A stretch of DNA of 32,000 bases, from assembly GCF_000621645.1 (NCBI RefSeq), contig NZ_KK211324.1:118921-150920 (forward strand), in the 5' to 3' direction. The notes under the pieces are model-generated. The model worked only from the letters and a program-made list of their open reading frames with translations, did no database searches and was not told the DNA's origin. Made by a program: the position numbers and the translations under genes. This DNA is from Vibrio cholerae ATCC 14035 (lineage in GTDB: Bacteria > Pseudomonadota > Gammaproteobacteria > Enterobacterales > Vibrionaceae). This document shows positions 9,827-18,614 of this stretch, one piece after another; positions within the stretch are counted from its first letter, which is position 1, and the number at the start of each line of letters is the position of its first letter.

Positions 9827-10773
9827 GATTGCGGAGCCACCGCCAGCAAGCTTTCGGTGATCGCTTCTGCGCTATAACGCAGCGACATCGCCCCGCCGTA
9901 GCTCCACACAGGACGCACGGAATTGACACGCCCCGCCTGCACAAACGGCATCGCGCGCCACAACACCGATTTTTGCACTTTTTTCTCTTCCGCAAACGGC
10001 AAGAAATAGAGCACATAGCCTTGCTCAACGTGTTGCAACTCACTCAAGCGTTTTTGCACTATGCCCCACTCTTTCGGCGGCTGCGGCAGCGCTGACGATA
10101 AACCGAGCTGTTCTAGCACATATTGCGGCGTGGAGTTTTCGGTATACAGAAACACCGAGGTTGGGTTGGCAAAACGCAGTGTCACCACCGCAGGTAAAGT
10201 GTCACCAAAGGCGTGCTGTAGCGAAGCTTTCAGCTCAGAAAAACGGGCATACATCGCCTCCAGTTTTTGCTGCGCCACCGCCTCTTTACCAAACAAGGTA
10301 GCTAAGGTTTTAAAGTGGGAAATCGCCACTTGGGCAGCGTTATCTTGCTCGGAAAAATTGGGTAGATACACCACTGGCGCGATGCGCCCTAAGGTGGCCA
10401 GCAAATCTTGTTGCGGCCCTGCGGCTAAAATGACATCCGGTTTAAGTGCGGCGATTTTCTCTAAATTCGGCTCAGTACGAGTGCCAATATCTTGCACCGA
10501 ACTTGGCACCTCGGGTTGCACAACCCACTGCACGTAAGAACTCAATTCCGGCGCGCCAACGGGCTGAATGCCCAGTTCAAGCACTTGTTCAAGCAGATCC
10601 CAGTTCAGCACCACCACTCGCTGTGGAACCTCAGCAAAAGTGTGCGTCCCTTGGCTATCCGTCAGCACAATTTGTGCTTGCACGGGCAGTGCGAATAGAC
10701 AAAGCGCGGCAAGCCAGCCAAAAACGGCCTTTGGTCGGCAAATGTTCCGCAGACGAACATTCCATAGACTCAT
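9823..10773 (-). CDS. fhuD: Ferric hydroxamate periplasmic binding protein
   Basis: It has a signal peptide (...WLAALCLFALPVQAQ) and a class III periplasmic binding protein pattern. The ATG at 10773 overlaps the fhuC TGA (TGATG). An alternative ATG lies at 10782. Confidence 0.82.
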   Translation of the reverse strand: MSLWNVRLRNICRPKAVFGWLAALCLFALPVQAQIVLTDSQGTHTFAEVPQRVVVLNWDLLEQVLELGIQPVGAPELSSYVQWVVQPEVPSSVQDIGTRTEPNLEKIAALKPDVILAAGPQQDLLATLGRIAPVVYLPNFSEQDNAAQVAISHFKTLATLFGKEAVAQQKLEAMYARFSELKASLQHAFGDTLPAVVTLRFANPTSVFLYTENSTPQYVLEQLGLSSALPQPPKEWGIVQKRLSELQHVEQGYVLYFLPFAEEKKVQKSVLWRAMPFVQAGRVNSVRPVWSYGGAMSLRYSAEAITESLLAVAPQS

Positions 10774-11558
10774 CAAGCACATACGATCGAAACCTTATTA
10801 GTAGAAGAGTGGGAAATGGGATTCGGGTGATCAATCAAACGGATCGGTGAGTGATACAGATCCGACAACCGCTGCTCATCGAGCAACAATTCAGCACCGC
10901 CTTCAAAGGCGATCTGCCCCTGCTTAAGCGCCACAATGTGGGTCGCGTAGCGCAGCGCCAAATTGAGATCATGCAAAATCACGATAATACCCACGCCTTG
11001 GGTTTGATTGAGCTCCGCCAGCAGCGCCATCAATTGATATTGGTGATGCACATCAAGCGCCGACGTCGGCTCATCCAAAATCAACACCGGAGATTGCTGC
11101 GCAAGCAGCATCGCCACCCAAGCGCGTTGACGCTCACCGCCGGAAAGCTCATCCGCCAAGTTATGCGCAAAACCACTCACACCCGTTTTTTCAAGTGCCG
11201 CATCGATAATCAGCTCATCTTCCTTGCGCCATCGGCCCAAGGTGCCGCGCCACGGAAAGCGCCCTAAACGCACCAACTCACGCACGGTTAATCCAGCGCT
11301 GGTCGGCAATTTCTGCGGCAAAAAGGCCACGGCTTTGGCGAGGGTTTTACTCGGCAGCGATGAGAGTGATTGACCATTGAGGGTCACTTGACCATTATCG
11401 GGCGACTGTTGGCCCGACAGTAAACTGACTAAGGTGGATTTGCCAGAACCGTTGTGACCGAGCACAACTGTCAGCTCATGGGTCGGAATGGTCAAATGAT
11501 CGATCGCCAAAATGGTGCGCCCACCGCGAACCATTTGAATATCAGCCAACTGAAACAT
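10773..11558 (-). CDS. fhuC: Ferric hydroxamate ABC transporter ATPase
   Basis: Walker A GHNGSGKST, signature LSGGERQR and Walker B LILDEPTSALD are present. The ATG at 11558 is preceded by AGGGGGA. The 24 upstream codons in the track are probably non-coding. Confidence 0.9.
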   Translation of the reverse strand: MFQLADIQMVRGGRTILAIDHLTIPTHELTVVLGHNGSGKSTLVSLLSGQQSPDNGQVTLNGQSLSSLPSKTLAKAVAFLPQKLPTSAGLTVRELVRLGRFPWRGTLGRWRKEDELIIDAALEKTGVSGFAHNLADELSGGERQRAWVAMLLAQQSPVLILDEPTSALDVHHQYQLMALLAELNQTQGVGIIVILHDLNLALRYATHIVALKQGQIAFEGGAELLLDEQRLSDLYHSPIRLIDHPNPISHSSTNKVSIVCA

Positions 11559-11585
11559 TGATCCCCCTAATAATTGACATTCAAT

Positions 11586-11614
11586 AAAAACAACAAATCC
11601 CGCCAGAAGCGGGA
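11586..11614 (-). terminator. Hairpin plus U-rich tract between fhuA and fhuC (possible intra-operon attenuator)
   Basis: The minus strand reads TCCCGC-ttctg-GCGGGA followed by tttgttgttttt. Confidence 0.4.
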
Positions 11615-11688
11615 GTTGTCTTGCAGCCAATCATCCAAGAATACGGACAATCGGCGACCCCAAACGGCAAGTTCACAACAATTGCCGA

Positions 11689-13788
11689 TTACCAGCGATA
11701 GTTAGCACTGAGTACCGCGCTGCGTGATTGGCCGTAGTAACACCAGTAATCACAGCCAGAAACGAACTCGCGATCAAACAGGTTGTTGATGTTGAGCTGC
11801 ACTTGCCAGTTTTCAGTGATTTCATAGCCCGCCATCAGATCGACCAAGGTTACACTCGGCACCGTACGATCGCTCGAACGCGGATTATCTTTCGACTCAC
11901 CGATGTAACGTACGCCGGAGCCAAACGTCCAACCTTGCAGACCAAGCTGCGCCGCATCGTAATCCAGCCACGCTGACGCTTGATGTTTCGGGATCAAACC
12001 GGCTTGTTGCGTCCCCTTGCCACCCGTTTCATCGGTTTTGGCATCGGTGAAGGTGTAGCTGGCGGTCAGTTTCAAGCTATCAGTGACATAACCTACGCTT
12101 TCGACTTCAATACCTTGGGCGGTCATTTCACCCGTTTGCGTCGCCACAAAAGTCGTTGGGTTGGTCACCAGCGCATTTTGTTGGGTGATATCAAACCAAG
12201 CTAGATTGATGTAACCATCATAAAACTCTGGCTGGTACTTCACGCCAACCTCAGTTTGTTCGCCTTTCAGTGGCTTATACAACTCACCCTTCGCGCTATC
12301 GATAGTGCTGAGCACATCAAACGATTGTGAATAGCTGAGGTAAGGCGATACACCATTACTGGCCAGATACATCAAACCCGCATTGAATGAAAACTCCGCA
12401 TCGCTGCGGCTTTTACGCTGCGCGTTTTTTTGGCTTTCGTTTTCAGTATCGACCCAATCCATACGGCCGCCAATCAGACCAATCCACTGCTGATCCAGCT
12501 TGATTTGGTACTGCGCGTACAAACTCGCTTGCTCTTTGGTAATGGTGCGATCCGCTGCGGAAGATTCATCGATAGGCGTGTAATTGCCATAAATCGGGTT
12601 GAACGGATTGATGGTGCCGAAGCTGTAGTTATCTAACTCAACACCTTGAGTCTGGTGGCGTTGCAGCTCTAAGCCCATCAACAGCGTGTTTTCAACACGG
12701 GCAGAATCCCACTTCGCCACCGCTTTGTTATCTAAGCTCAAGCTTTCGGTTGAACCATCACGGAACACAATGCCTTGCGTTAATGTGTCTTTACTTGGGT
12801 CATCATTCGAAAAAGCGTAGCTGCTGCGCAGATAGAGATCGTTATCGCCGTAATTGAAGGTCTGTGACAGCGCCCAGACATCATTAAGATCATGCTCGAA
12901 CAAGTAACCCAATGACACCTGACGACGCTCATACTTGTCGTAATCCGGTTGCCCTAAGTTGGTAGAGGGATCGATATGACCAAAGTTGGAATCGATTAAG
13001 GTGCCCGCCGCAGGGAAAAATGGGTTAGTCGGCACACCGCTGTCTTCCAAAAAGCTCGCCAACAGGGTTAAACGGGTTTGCTCAGAAATATCGATGCTGA
13101 GACTTGGCGCAAGGTAGTTACGGCTGGTTTGCGTACCGTTCAACTGCCCATCATTCTCTTTCATCAACGCGACTAAACGGTAACGCACGGAACCGTCTTG
13201 ATTCGCGTAATCGGAAATGTCTAAGGTTAAGGTGCGCAGCGCATCATTACCCACTTGTAGGCCAACCTCACCTTGTGGAATGTCGGTCGGTTTCTTCTGC
13301 ACCGCATTGACCACTCCACCTAGAGGTGCCTCACCATACAAAATCGAAGCGGGACCTTTCAGCACTTCAATACGCTCTAAAGCGTAAGGTTCGATAAGCC
13401 AAGTGTAGTAACCATCACGGAACAGGCGGCTGCCATCTTGGTAGGTTGCGGCATCAAAACCACGCACTTTGAGCCAATCAGTATCATTGTCCGCGCCATA
13501 AGGTTGAGCGGTGACGCCGGAGGTATAGCGCAGCGCTTCATCCAATTTTTGTGGCGCGCGAGCCACAATCTCTTCTTGAGTGACAATCGATAGCGCTTTT
13601 GGCGTTTCTTGTGCGGGTGTTTCCACTTTCAAGGCTGAAGCGGTCACCACTAAGGTTTCTAACTGCTCAGTTTCTTGGTTGGTATTGGCCATTACACTCG
13701 GTGCGGCAACCAAAACAACAGGGATGAAGTGCAAGCGAAGCGCACGACGAATGTATTGTCCGAGCTGACTCGGGCGAATATTGCGCAT
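11689..13788 (-). CDS. fhuA: TonB-dependent ferrichrome/hydroxamate siderophore outer-membrane receptor
   Basis: It has a signal peptide, a TonB box (ETLVVTA), plug and beta-barrel regions, and a C-terminal aromatic residue (...SANYRW). The ATG at 13788 is preceded by AGAGG at 7 nt. The track start at 13845 is a TTG. The fhuACDB order matches E. coli. Confidence 0.9.
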   Translation of the reverse strand: MRNIRPSQLGQYIRRALRLHFIPVVLVAAPSVMANTNQETEQLETLVVTASALKVETPAQETPKALSIVTQEEIVARAPQKLDEALRYTSGVTAQPYGADNDTDWLKVRGFDAATYQDGSRLFRDGYYTWLIEPYALERIEVLKGPASILYGEAPLGGVVNAVQKKPTDIPQGEVGLQVGNDALRTLTLDISDYANQDGSVRYRLVALMKENDGQLNGTQTSRNYLAPSLSIDISEQTRLTLLASFLEDSGVPTNPFFPAAGTLIDSNFGHIDPSTNLGQPDYDKYERRQVSLGYLFEHDLNDVWALSQTFNYGDNDLYLRSSYAFSNDDPSKDTLTQGIVFRDGSTESLSLDNKAVAKWDSARVENTLLMGLELQRHQTQGVELDNYSFGTINPFNPIYGNYTPIDESSAADRTITKEQASLYAQYQIKLDQQWIGLIGGRMDWVDTENESQKNAQRKSRSDAEFSFNAGLMYLASNGVSPYLSYSQSFDVLSTIDSAKGELYKPLKGEQTEVGVKYQPEFYDGYINLAWFDITQQNALVTNPTTFVATQTGEMTAQGIEVESVGYVTDSLKLTASYTFTDAKTDETGGKGTQQAGLIPKHQASAWLDYDAAQLGLQGWTFGSGVRYIGESKDNPRSSDRTVPSVTLVDLMAGYEITENWQVQLNINNLFDREFVSGCDYWCYYGQSRSAVLSANYRW

Positions 13789-13847
13789 GATAAAACCTCT
13801 GCTATAGATTTGAGAATCGTTTTTATTAGTATTAATTTTACGCAATT

Positions 13848-13871
13848 TTAGTGATAATTATCTTAATTAAA
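13848..13871. promoter_or_regulatory. Fur-box-like sequence in the divergent fhuA/ABC promoter region
   Basis: gataattatcttaattaaa (13853-13871) matches 13 of 19 positions of GATAATGATAATCATTATC by my count. A weaker match (11/19) lies at 13812-13830. Confidence 0.6.
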
Positions 13872-13922
13872 AGCAAAAAATTGCGAATCTTTCTCAATTA
13901 CTTTCATTAAGGCACCTTGTTC

Positions 13923-15752
13923 ATGTTCCAATGGTTTGAAAAACTGACCGAACCTTTCCCGGCTCAAGAGCCGCAAACACCGCCTAAATCTTTGGTTGCT
14001 TTCTGTCGTTACTACACGCAAGGCTTTGAAAAACCGCTGTTATTGATGTCGCTACTCAGCGCCTGCGTAGCGATGGCGGAAGTCACTCTCGTACGTTACA
14101 TGGGGGAGATTGTTGATATTCTCAGTACTCAAGAGCGCCACCAGTTTTGGGAAATACACGGCGAACGGCTGTGGACGATGGCGGCACTGGTACTGGTAGT
14201 GATGCCGATTCTGGCACTCGTACACTCGATGTTGCTGCATCAAACCATTTTGGGTAACTATCCGATGTCGATCCGCTGGTCGACTCATCGCTATTTACTC
14301 AAACAAAGTATCGGCTTCTTCCAACGTGATTTTGCTGGGCGCGTTGCGACAAAAGTGATGCAAAATGCGAATAGCGTGCGCGAAACAGTGCTGAAATTGG
14401 TCGATCTGTCGGTCTATATCGCGGTGTATATGGTGTCGATGCTGGTGATGATTGCCGAGGCTGACAAAGTTTTGGTGGTGCCGATCCTCGTTTGGCTGCT
14501 CTTCTATATCGCGATTCAGGTCTACTTCGTACCCCGCTTGAAAACCATTTCGACCGATCAAGCCAACGCACAATCGCAAATGACTGGGCGGATTGTTGAT
14601 ACCTACACCAACATCACCACCGTAAAGCTGTTCTCCCACTCTCAACGCGAAACCACCTACGCAAAATCGGGCATGAAGCAGTTTCTACACACGGTTTACC
14701 GCCAGATGCGTACCTTAACCTCGCTTCTCTACAGTGTGGATCTGATCAACTATCTGTTGCTGTTTAGCATTGCTGCTCTCTCGATCCAGTTATGGCTCGC
14801 GGAAACGGTCACCGTCGGGGTGATCGCAATTGGTATTACGATCGCGCTGCGCATGCAAGGCATGTCGAAGTGGATCATGTGGGAAATTCGCGCTCTGTTT
14901 GAAAGCGTTGGCACCGTGATTGACAGCATGAACACCATAGCGAACCCAGTGGAAATTGAGGATCGCCCACAAGCAAAATCGCTCCAAGTGAAATTTGGTG
15001 AGCTGAGCTTCGCGCAAGTTCGTTTTGGTTACAGCGCGCAAAAAACCGTGTTTGATAATCTAAACTTAGTGATTCAAGCCGGAGAAAAAGTCGGCATTGT
15101 CGGCCGCTCTGGCGCAGGCAAATCGACGTTAGTCAATCTACTGCTGCGCTTTTATGATGTGCAAAGCGGCCAAATTCAAATTGATGGGCAAGACATTAGC
15201 CATGTTAGCCAAGAATCGTTGCGCCGCCATATCGGCATGATCACCCAAGATACTTCACTGCTGCACCGCTCGATCCGCGATAACATTTTGTACGGCGACC
15301 CGGATGCCGATCAAGCCGCCATCGAAGAAGCCGCTCGCCAAGCGCATGCTCATGATTTCATTCAGGAGTTGCACGATGAACAAGGCCGCACTGGGTATGA
15401 TGTTCAAGTCGGTGAACGTGGCGTAAAACTGTCTGGCGGCCAGCGTCAACGTATTGCGATCGCACGCGTGCTCCTGAAAAACGCGCCAATCTTGATCATG
15501 GACGAAGCCACTTCCGCACTCGATTCTGAAGTGGAATCGGCCATTCAAGAGAATCTGCACACTCTGATGGCAGGCAAAACCGTGATTGCGATTGCGCACC
15601 GTTTATCGACAATTGCCGCGATGGATCGGCTGATTGTGATGGATGAAGGGAAAATCGTAGAGCAAGGTAGACATCAAGAACTACTGGCGCACAAAGGGAT
15701 TTATGCCCAGTTATGGGCGCACCAGACCGGCGGTTTTATTGGCGAAGCCTAA
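13923..15752 (+). CDS. Fused TMD-NBD ABC transporter (type I exporter fold, MsbA-like half-transporter)
   Basis: The N-terminal half has six TM helices. The C-terminal NBD has Walker A GRSGAGKST, signature LSGGQRQR and Walker B ILIMDEATSALD. The ATG at 13923 (MFQWFEKL...) is preferred over the TTG at 13917. Confidence 0.9.
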   Translation: MFQWFEKLTEPFPAQEPQTPPKSLVAFCRYYTQGFEKPLLLMSLLSACVAMAEVTLVRYMGEIVDILSTQERHQFWEIHGERLWTMAALVLVVMPILALVHSMLLHQTILGNYPMSIRWSTHRYLLKQSIGFFQRDFAGRVATKVMQNANSVRETVLKLVDLSVYIAVYMVSMLVMIAEADKVLVVPILVWLLFYIAIQVYFVPRLKTISTDQANAQSQMTGRIVDTYTNITTVKLFSHSQRETTYAKSGMKQFLHTVYRQMRTLTSLLYSVDLINYLLLFSIAALSIQLWLAETVTVGVIAIGITIALRMQGMSKWIMWEIRALFESVGTVIDSMNTIANPVEIEDRPQAKSLQVKFGELSFAQVRFGYSAQKTVFDNLNLVIQAGEKVGIVGRSGAGKSTLVNLLLRFYDVQSGQIQIDGQDISHVSQESLRRHIGMITQDTSLLHRSIRDNILYGDPDADQAAIEEAARQAHAHDFIQELHDEQGRTGYDVQVGERGVKLSGGQRQRIAIARVLLKNAPILIMDEATSALDSEVESAIQENLHTLMAGKTVIAIAHRLSTIAAMDRLIVMDEGKIVEQGRHQELLAHKGIYAQLWAHQTGGFIGEA

Positions 15753-15765
15753 TTCTTGAGACACG

Positions 15766-15790
15766 ATAAAGCCCCGCAAGGGGCTTTTTA
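15766..15790. terminator. Bidirectional intrinsic terminator between the ABC gene and the small membrane protein gene
   Basis: aaagcccc-gcaa-ggggcttt followed by tt(a). The stem abuts the minus-strand gene's stop codon. Confidence 0.7.
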
Positions 15791-16165
15791 CTGCGCCTCT
15801 TCGGCACAGTGCATACGGTGAAACACGCGGTGAATAGCGGGGGCAAATAAAGTAGCAAGAGAGACAAAAAACACTGTATCAATGAATAAGCTATAAAAAG
15901 CCAAAAAGAGGTGTAAGGCTGCAGATTGGTGGAAATCCGCCACCGGATAAGGGAGCTCAAGGCCGCTCACCATCGAGAGTGCATTAAGCCAAGCTTGAGC
16001 AGCAGCCAGCTCCGCCAGCAACATAAAGCCAATCACCCCTGGCAGCAGACCAACGAGCAATACCAATAAAGCAATCAACGCATAGCGCAGGCAACGCCAC
16101 ACAAACCGCTCAAACGAAATGACTTCTTGATGAACCGACTCTAAACGCATTCGCCTCTCCTCCAT
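15788..16165 (-). CDS. Small hypothetical inner-membrane protein (about 2 TM helices with an intervening re-entrant-like segment)
   Basis: Two long hydrophobic stretches are present (LIALLVLLVGLLPGVIGFMLLA; LHLFLAFYSLFIDTVFFVSLATLFA). The second ATG at 16150 follows GGAGGAGAGG and may be the true start. Confidence 0.6.
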   Translation of the reverse strand: MEERRMRLESVHQEVISFERFVWRCLRYALIALLVLLVGLLPGVIGFMLLAELAAAQAWLNALSMVSGLELPYPVADFHQSAALHLFLAFYSLFIDTVFFVSLATLFAPAIHRVFHRMHCAEEAQ

Positions 16166-16320
16166 TGGTCATAGGTGGATTATCCGTAAGTGCTAAGACC
16201 TATAGGCGCGAAAAACCATAAGTGCTAACACCCATAAGTGCATGAGTCTTAGCATAAGGGGCGAAAAATAAAAGGAAAGCACAGACTGCGCGCGATGGAA
16301 CAACGCTCGACTTTACTGGC

Positions 16321-16620
16321 TTAGATGCGCTGCAAGAGCTTGGCAATAAACGCAAGCTCCTCATCGCCCTGACCTGCGGTTAGGGTTTCCAGCCACAATG
16401 ATTGGCTGTAATGCTCGCCGCGCAGCAGCAAATGGCAGCCTTCGAAATCGATCAGCCAAGTGTGCAGATCTGCATCGCACTGCTTTTCCAACACCCGAGC
16501 GGAAAGTAAGTTCACCAAACGCAAAGCGGTTTCAGCAAAAGCCTCAAAATCGAAGTTTTCGGCGCGCACAATCAAGCGCCCTTCCGCGGCAAGATAGTCG
16601 CCTAAACCAAACTCAGCCAT
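16321..16620 (-). CDS. Small acidic hypothetical protein (99 aa), translationally coupled to recQ
   Basis: Its ATG overlaps the recQ stop (ATGGCTGA, 8-nt overlap). I count 16 D/E against 8 K/R. I cannot recognise a confident family from memory. Confidence 0.6.
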   Translation of the reverse strand: MAEFGLGDYLAAEGRLIVRAENFDFEAFAETALRLVNLLSARVLEKQCDADLHTWLIDFEGCHLLLRGEHYSQSLWLETLTAGQGDEELAFIAKLLQRI

Positions 16621-18475
16621 GATAGGTCAAATGCTCCTGAATCAGATCCAAAAACGGGTCGGCGTATTTTTCCAGCTTGCGCTGCCCAACCCCATTCACC
16701 GCCAACATTTCGCCGTAAGAGGTCGGCATGATCTCCGCCATATCAATCAAGGTGGCGTCACTGAACACCACATACGGTGGTAAGCCTTCATCATCAGCGA
16801 TCGATTTACGCAGCTTACGTAGTTTGGCAAACAGCTTTTTGTCGTAGTTTTTGCCCGACAATTTGTCAGATTTCGCGGCGCGCGCCGCGGTATCTAAACG
16901 CGGTACCGCCAGCTCAATATTCATTTCACCGCGCAGCAGCGGGCGCGCTTCTTCAGTCAGTTGCAGCGTCGAGTTACGCGTGATGTTTTGGTAGAGCATG
17001 CCTTTGTGGATCAGTTGGCGAAAAATACTCACCCAGTAATCGTGGCTGTGATCGCGGCCAATGCCGTAAGTGGTGATTTTGTCGTGGCCATGCTCGCGAA
17101 TGCGGATATTTTGCATACCACGCAGCACTTCCACCACATAGCCAATCCCGAAGTTTTGGTTGACGCGATAGACACACGACAAGGCTTTGCGTGCCTCTTC
17201 CGTGGCATCAAAACGCTTGGGCGGGTCGAGGCAGATATCGCAGTTACCACATGGCTTATCGCGATATTCGCCAAAATAATTGAGCAACACTTGGCGGCGA
17301 CAAGTTTGCGCTTCAGCAAACGCGCCCATGGCGGTGAGCTTGTGGCTTTCGACCTGTTTTTGCGCGCCATCGGGCTTTTCATCCAGCATGCGGCGCAGCC
17401 AGTTCATGTCAGCAGGGTCGTACAGCATCATGGCTTCAGCAGGCAGGCCATCACGCCCTGCGCGGCCAGTTTCCTGATAGTAGGATTCAATGTTGCGTGG
17501 AATATCAAAATGCACCACAAAGCGCACGTTGGGTTTATTAATCCCCATGCCAAATGCCACGGTCGCCACCACAATTTGCAGGTCATCACGCTGAAACGCC
17601 TCTTGCACCCAAGCGCGTTCATCGGCGTCCATCCCGGCATGGTAACTGGCGGCGCGAATGTGGTTGCCGCACAGCTTTTCGGTGAGCATTTCGACTTTTT
17701 TACGGCTACCACAATAGATGATGCCGCACTGCCCACGCTGCGTTTCCAGATAACGGATCACTTGTGAAACCGGCTTATGTTTTTCCACCAGCATGTAGCG
17801 AATGTTCGGGCGATCAAAGCTGCCCAGATACTGATGCGGCTCCTTGAGCTGCAAACGCTGCATGATATCGTGACGGGTCGCGTCATCCGCAGTTGCCGTC
17901 AGCGCCATCACCGGCACATTCGGGAAACGCTGCTTAAGCTGGCCTAATGAGGCGTATTCAGGGCGAAAATCGTGTCCCCATTGCGAAATACAGTGCGCTT
18001 CATCGACCGCAATCATGGCTAACGGCAGATGGCTGAGCCGTTCGATAAACTCGGCGGTCAATACCCGCTCTGGCGACACATACAGCAGCTTGAGCTGGCC
18101 AGCATGCATGCGGTTATAAATCGCGATCAGTTCCTCGCGCGCCAAGGTGGAATTGACACACTCGGCGGCGACACCGTTGGCTTTAAGCTGGTCAACCTGA
18201 TCTTTCATCAGCGAAATCAGGGGAGAAATCACTAACGTGACCCCTTCCAGCACCAGTGCAGGGATCTGGTAACAGAGCGATTTACCACCGCCAGTCGGCA
18301 TAATGACCAAGCTATCACGCCCAGCCAGCGCCGCCTCAATCACCTCTTGCTGACCGACGCGAAATTGCTGATAGCCAAACACCTCGTGCAAAACACGTTC
18401 AGGAGTGGCAAAGAGAGCAGAAGATTCAGCCATTAAAGTCGCGGTCATATCGATAGAGTGCAAAGTAAGAGTCAT
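16613..18475 (-). CDS. recQ: ATP-dependent DNA helicase RecQ
   Basis: [30 protein letters not shown], the DEAH box ([18 protein letters not shown]), a zinc-binding CGNCDIC and a C-terminal HRDC region are present. The start is ambiguous: ATGs at 18475, 18448 and 18433, none with a clear SD. Confidence 0.95.
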   Translation of the reverse strand: MTLTLHSIDMTATLMAESSALFATPERVLHEVFGYQQFRVGQQEVIEAALAGRDSLVIMPTGGGKSLCYQIPALVLEGVTLVISPLISLMKDQVDQLKANGVAAECVNSTLAREELIAIYNRMHAGQLKLLYVSPERVLTAEFIERLSHLPLAMIAVDEAHCISQWGHDFRPEYASLGQLKQRFPNVPVMALTATADDATRHDIMQRLQLKEPHQYLGSFDRPNIRYMLVEKHKPVSQVIRYLETQRGQCGIIYCGSRKKVEMLTEKLCGNHIRAASYHAGMDADERAWVQEAFQRDDLQIVVATVAFGMGINKPNVRFVVHFDIPRNIESYYQETGRAGRDGLPAEAMMLYDPADMNWLRRMLDEKPDGAQKQVESHKLTAMGAFAEAQTCRRQVLLNYFGEYRDKPCGNCDICLDPPKRFDATEEARKALSCVYRVNQNFGIGYVVEVLRGMQNIRIREHGHDKITTYGIGRDHSHDYWVSIFRQLIHKGMLYQNITRNSTLQLTEEARPLLRGEMNIELAVPRLDTAARAAKSDKLSGKNYDKKLFAKLRKLRKSIADDEGLPPYVVFSDATLIDMAEIMPTSYGEMLAVNGVGQRKLEKYADPFLDLIQEHLTYHG

Positions 18476-18614
18476 GGGTCGCCAACAAGCTGGCTATTGT
18501 AGAGGGGTTACTCGGTGAATAAAACCGCAAAATACGTACAGTGTACGATTCTCAGGTTATACTTCGCTGCTACCGCCGCCAAAGCGGTCATCACCATAAC
18601 CAGAGAAGTTGTTC

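Noticed and set aside
13789-13845. Track-extended N-termini: fhuA from TTG 13845, fhuC from 11630, rph from 2748, yicC from 2834 and prlC from 28370.
   Set aside because: In each case an internal ATG with a Shine-Dalgarno sequence reproduces the conserved N-terminus and length of the E. coli homolog. The extensions overlap promoter or Fur-box sequence or have no homology.
18520-18560. Possible LexA box upstream of recQ (ACAG/TGTA-containing sequence).
   Set aside because: No CTGT-N8-ACAG arrangement can be aligned on either strand. The local symmetry is a different palindrome, reported separately at low interest.
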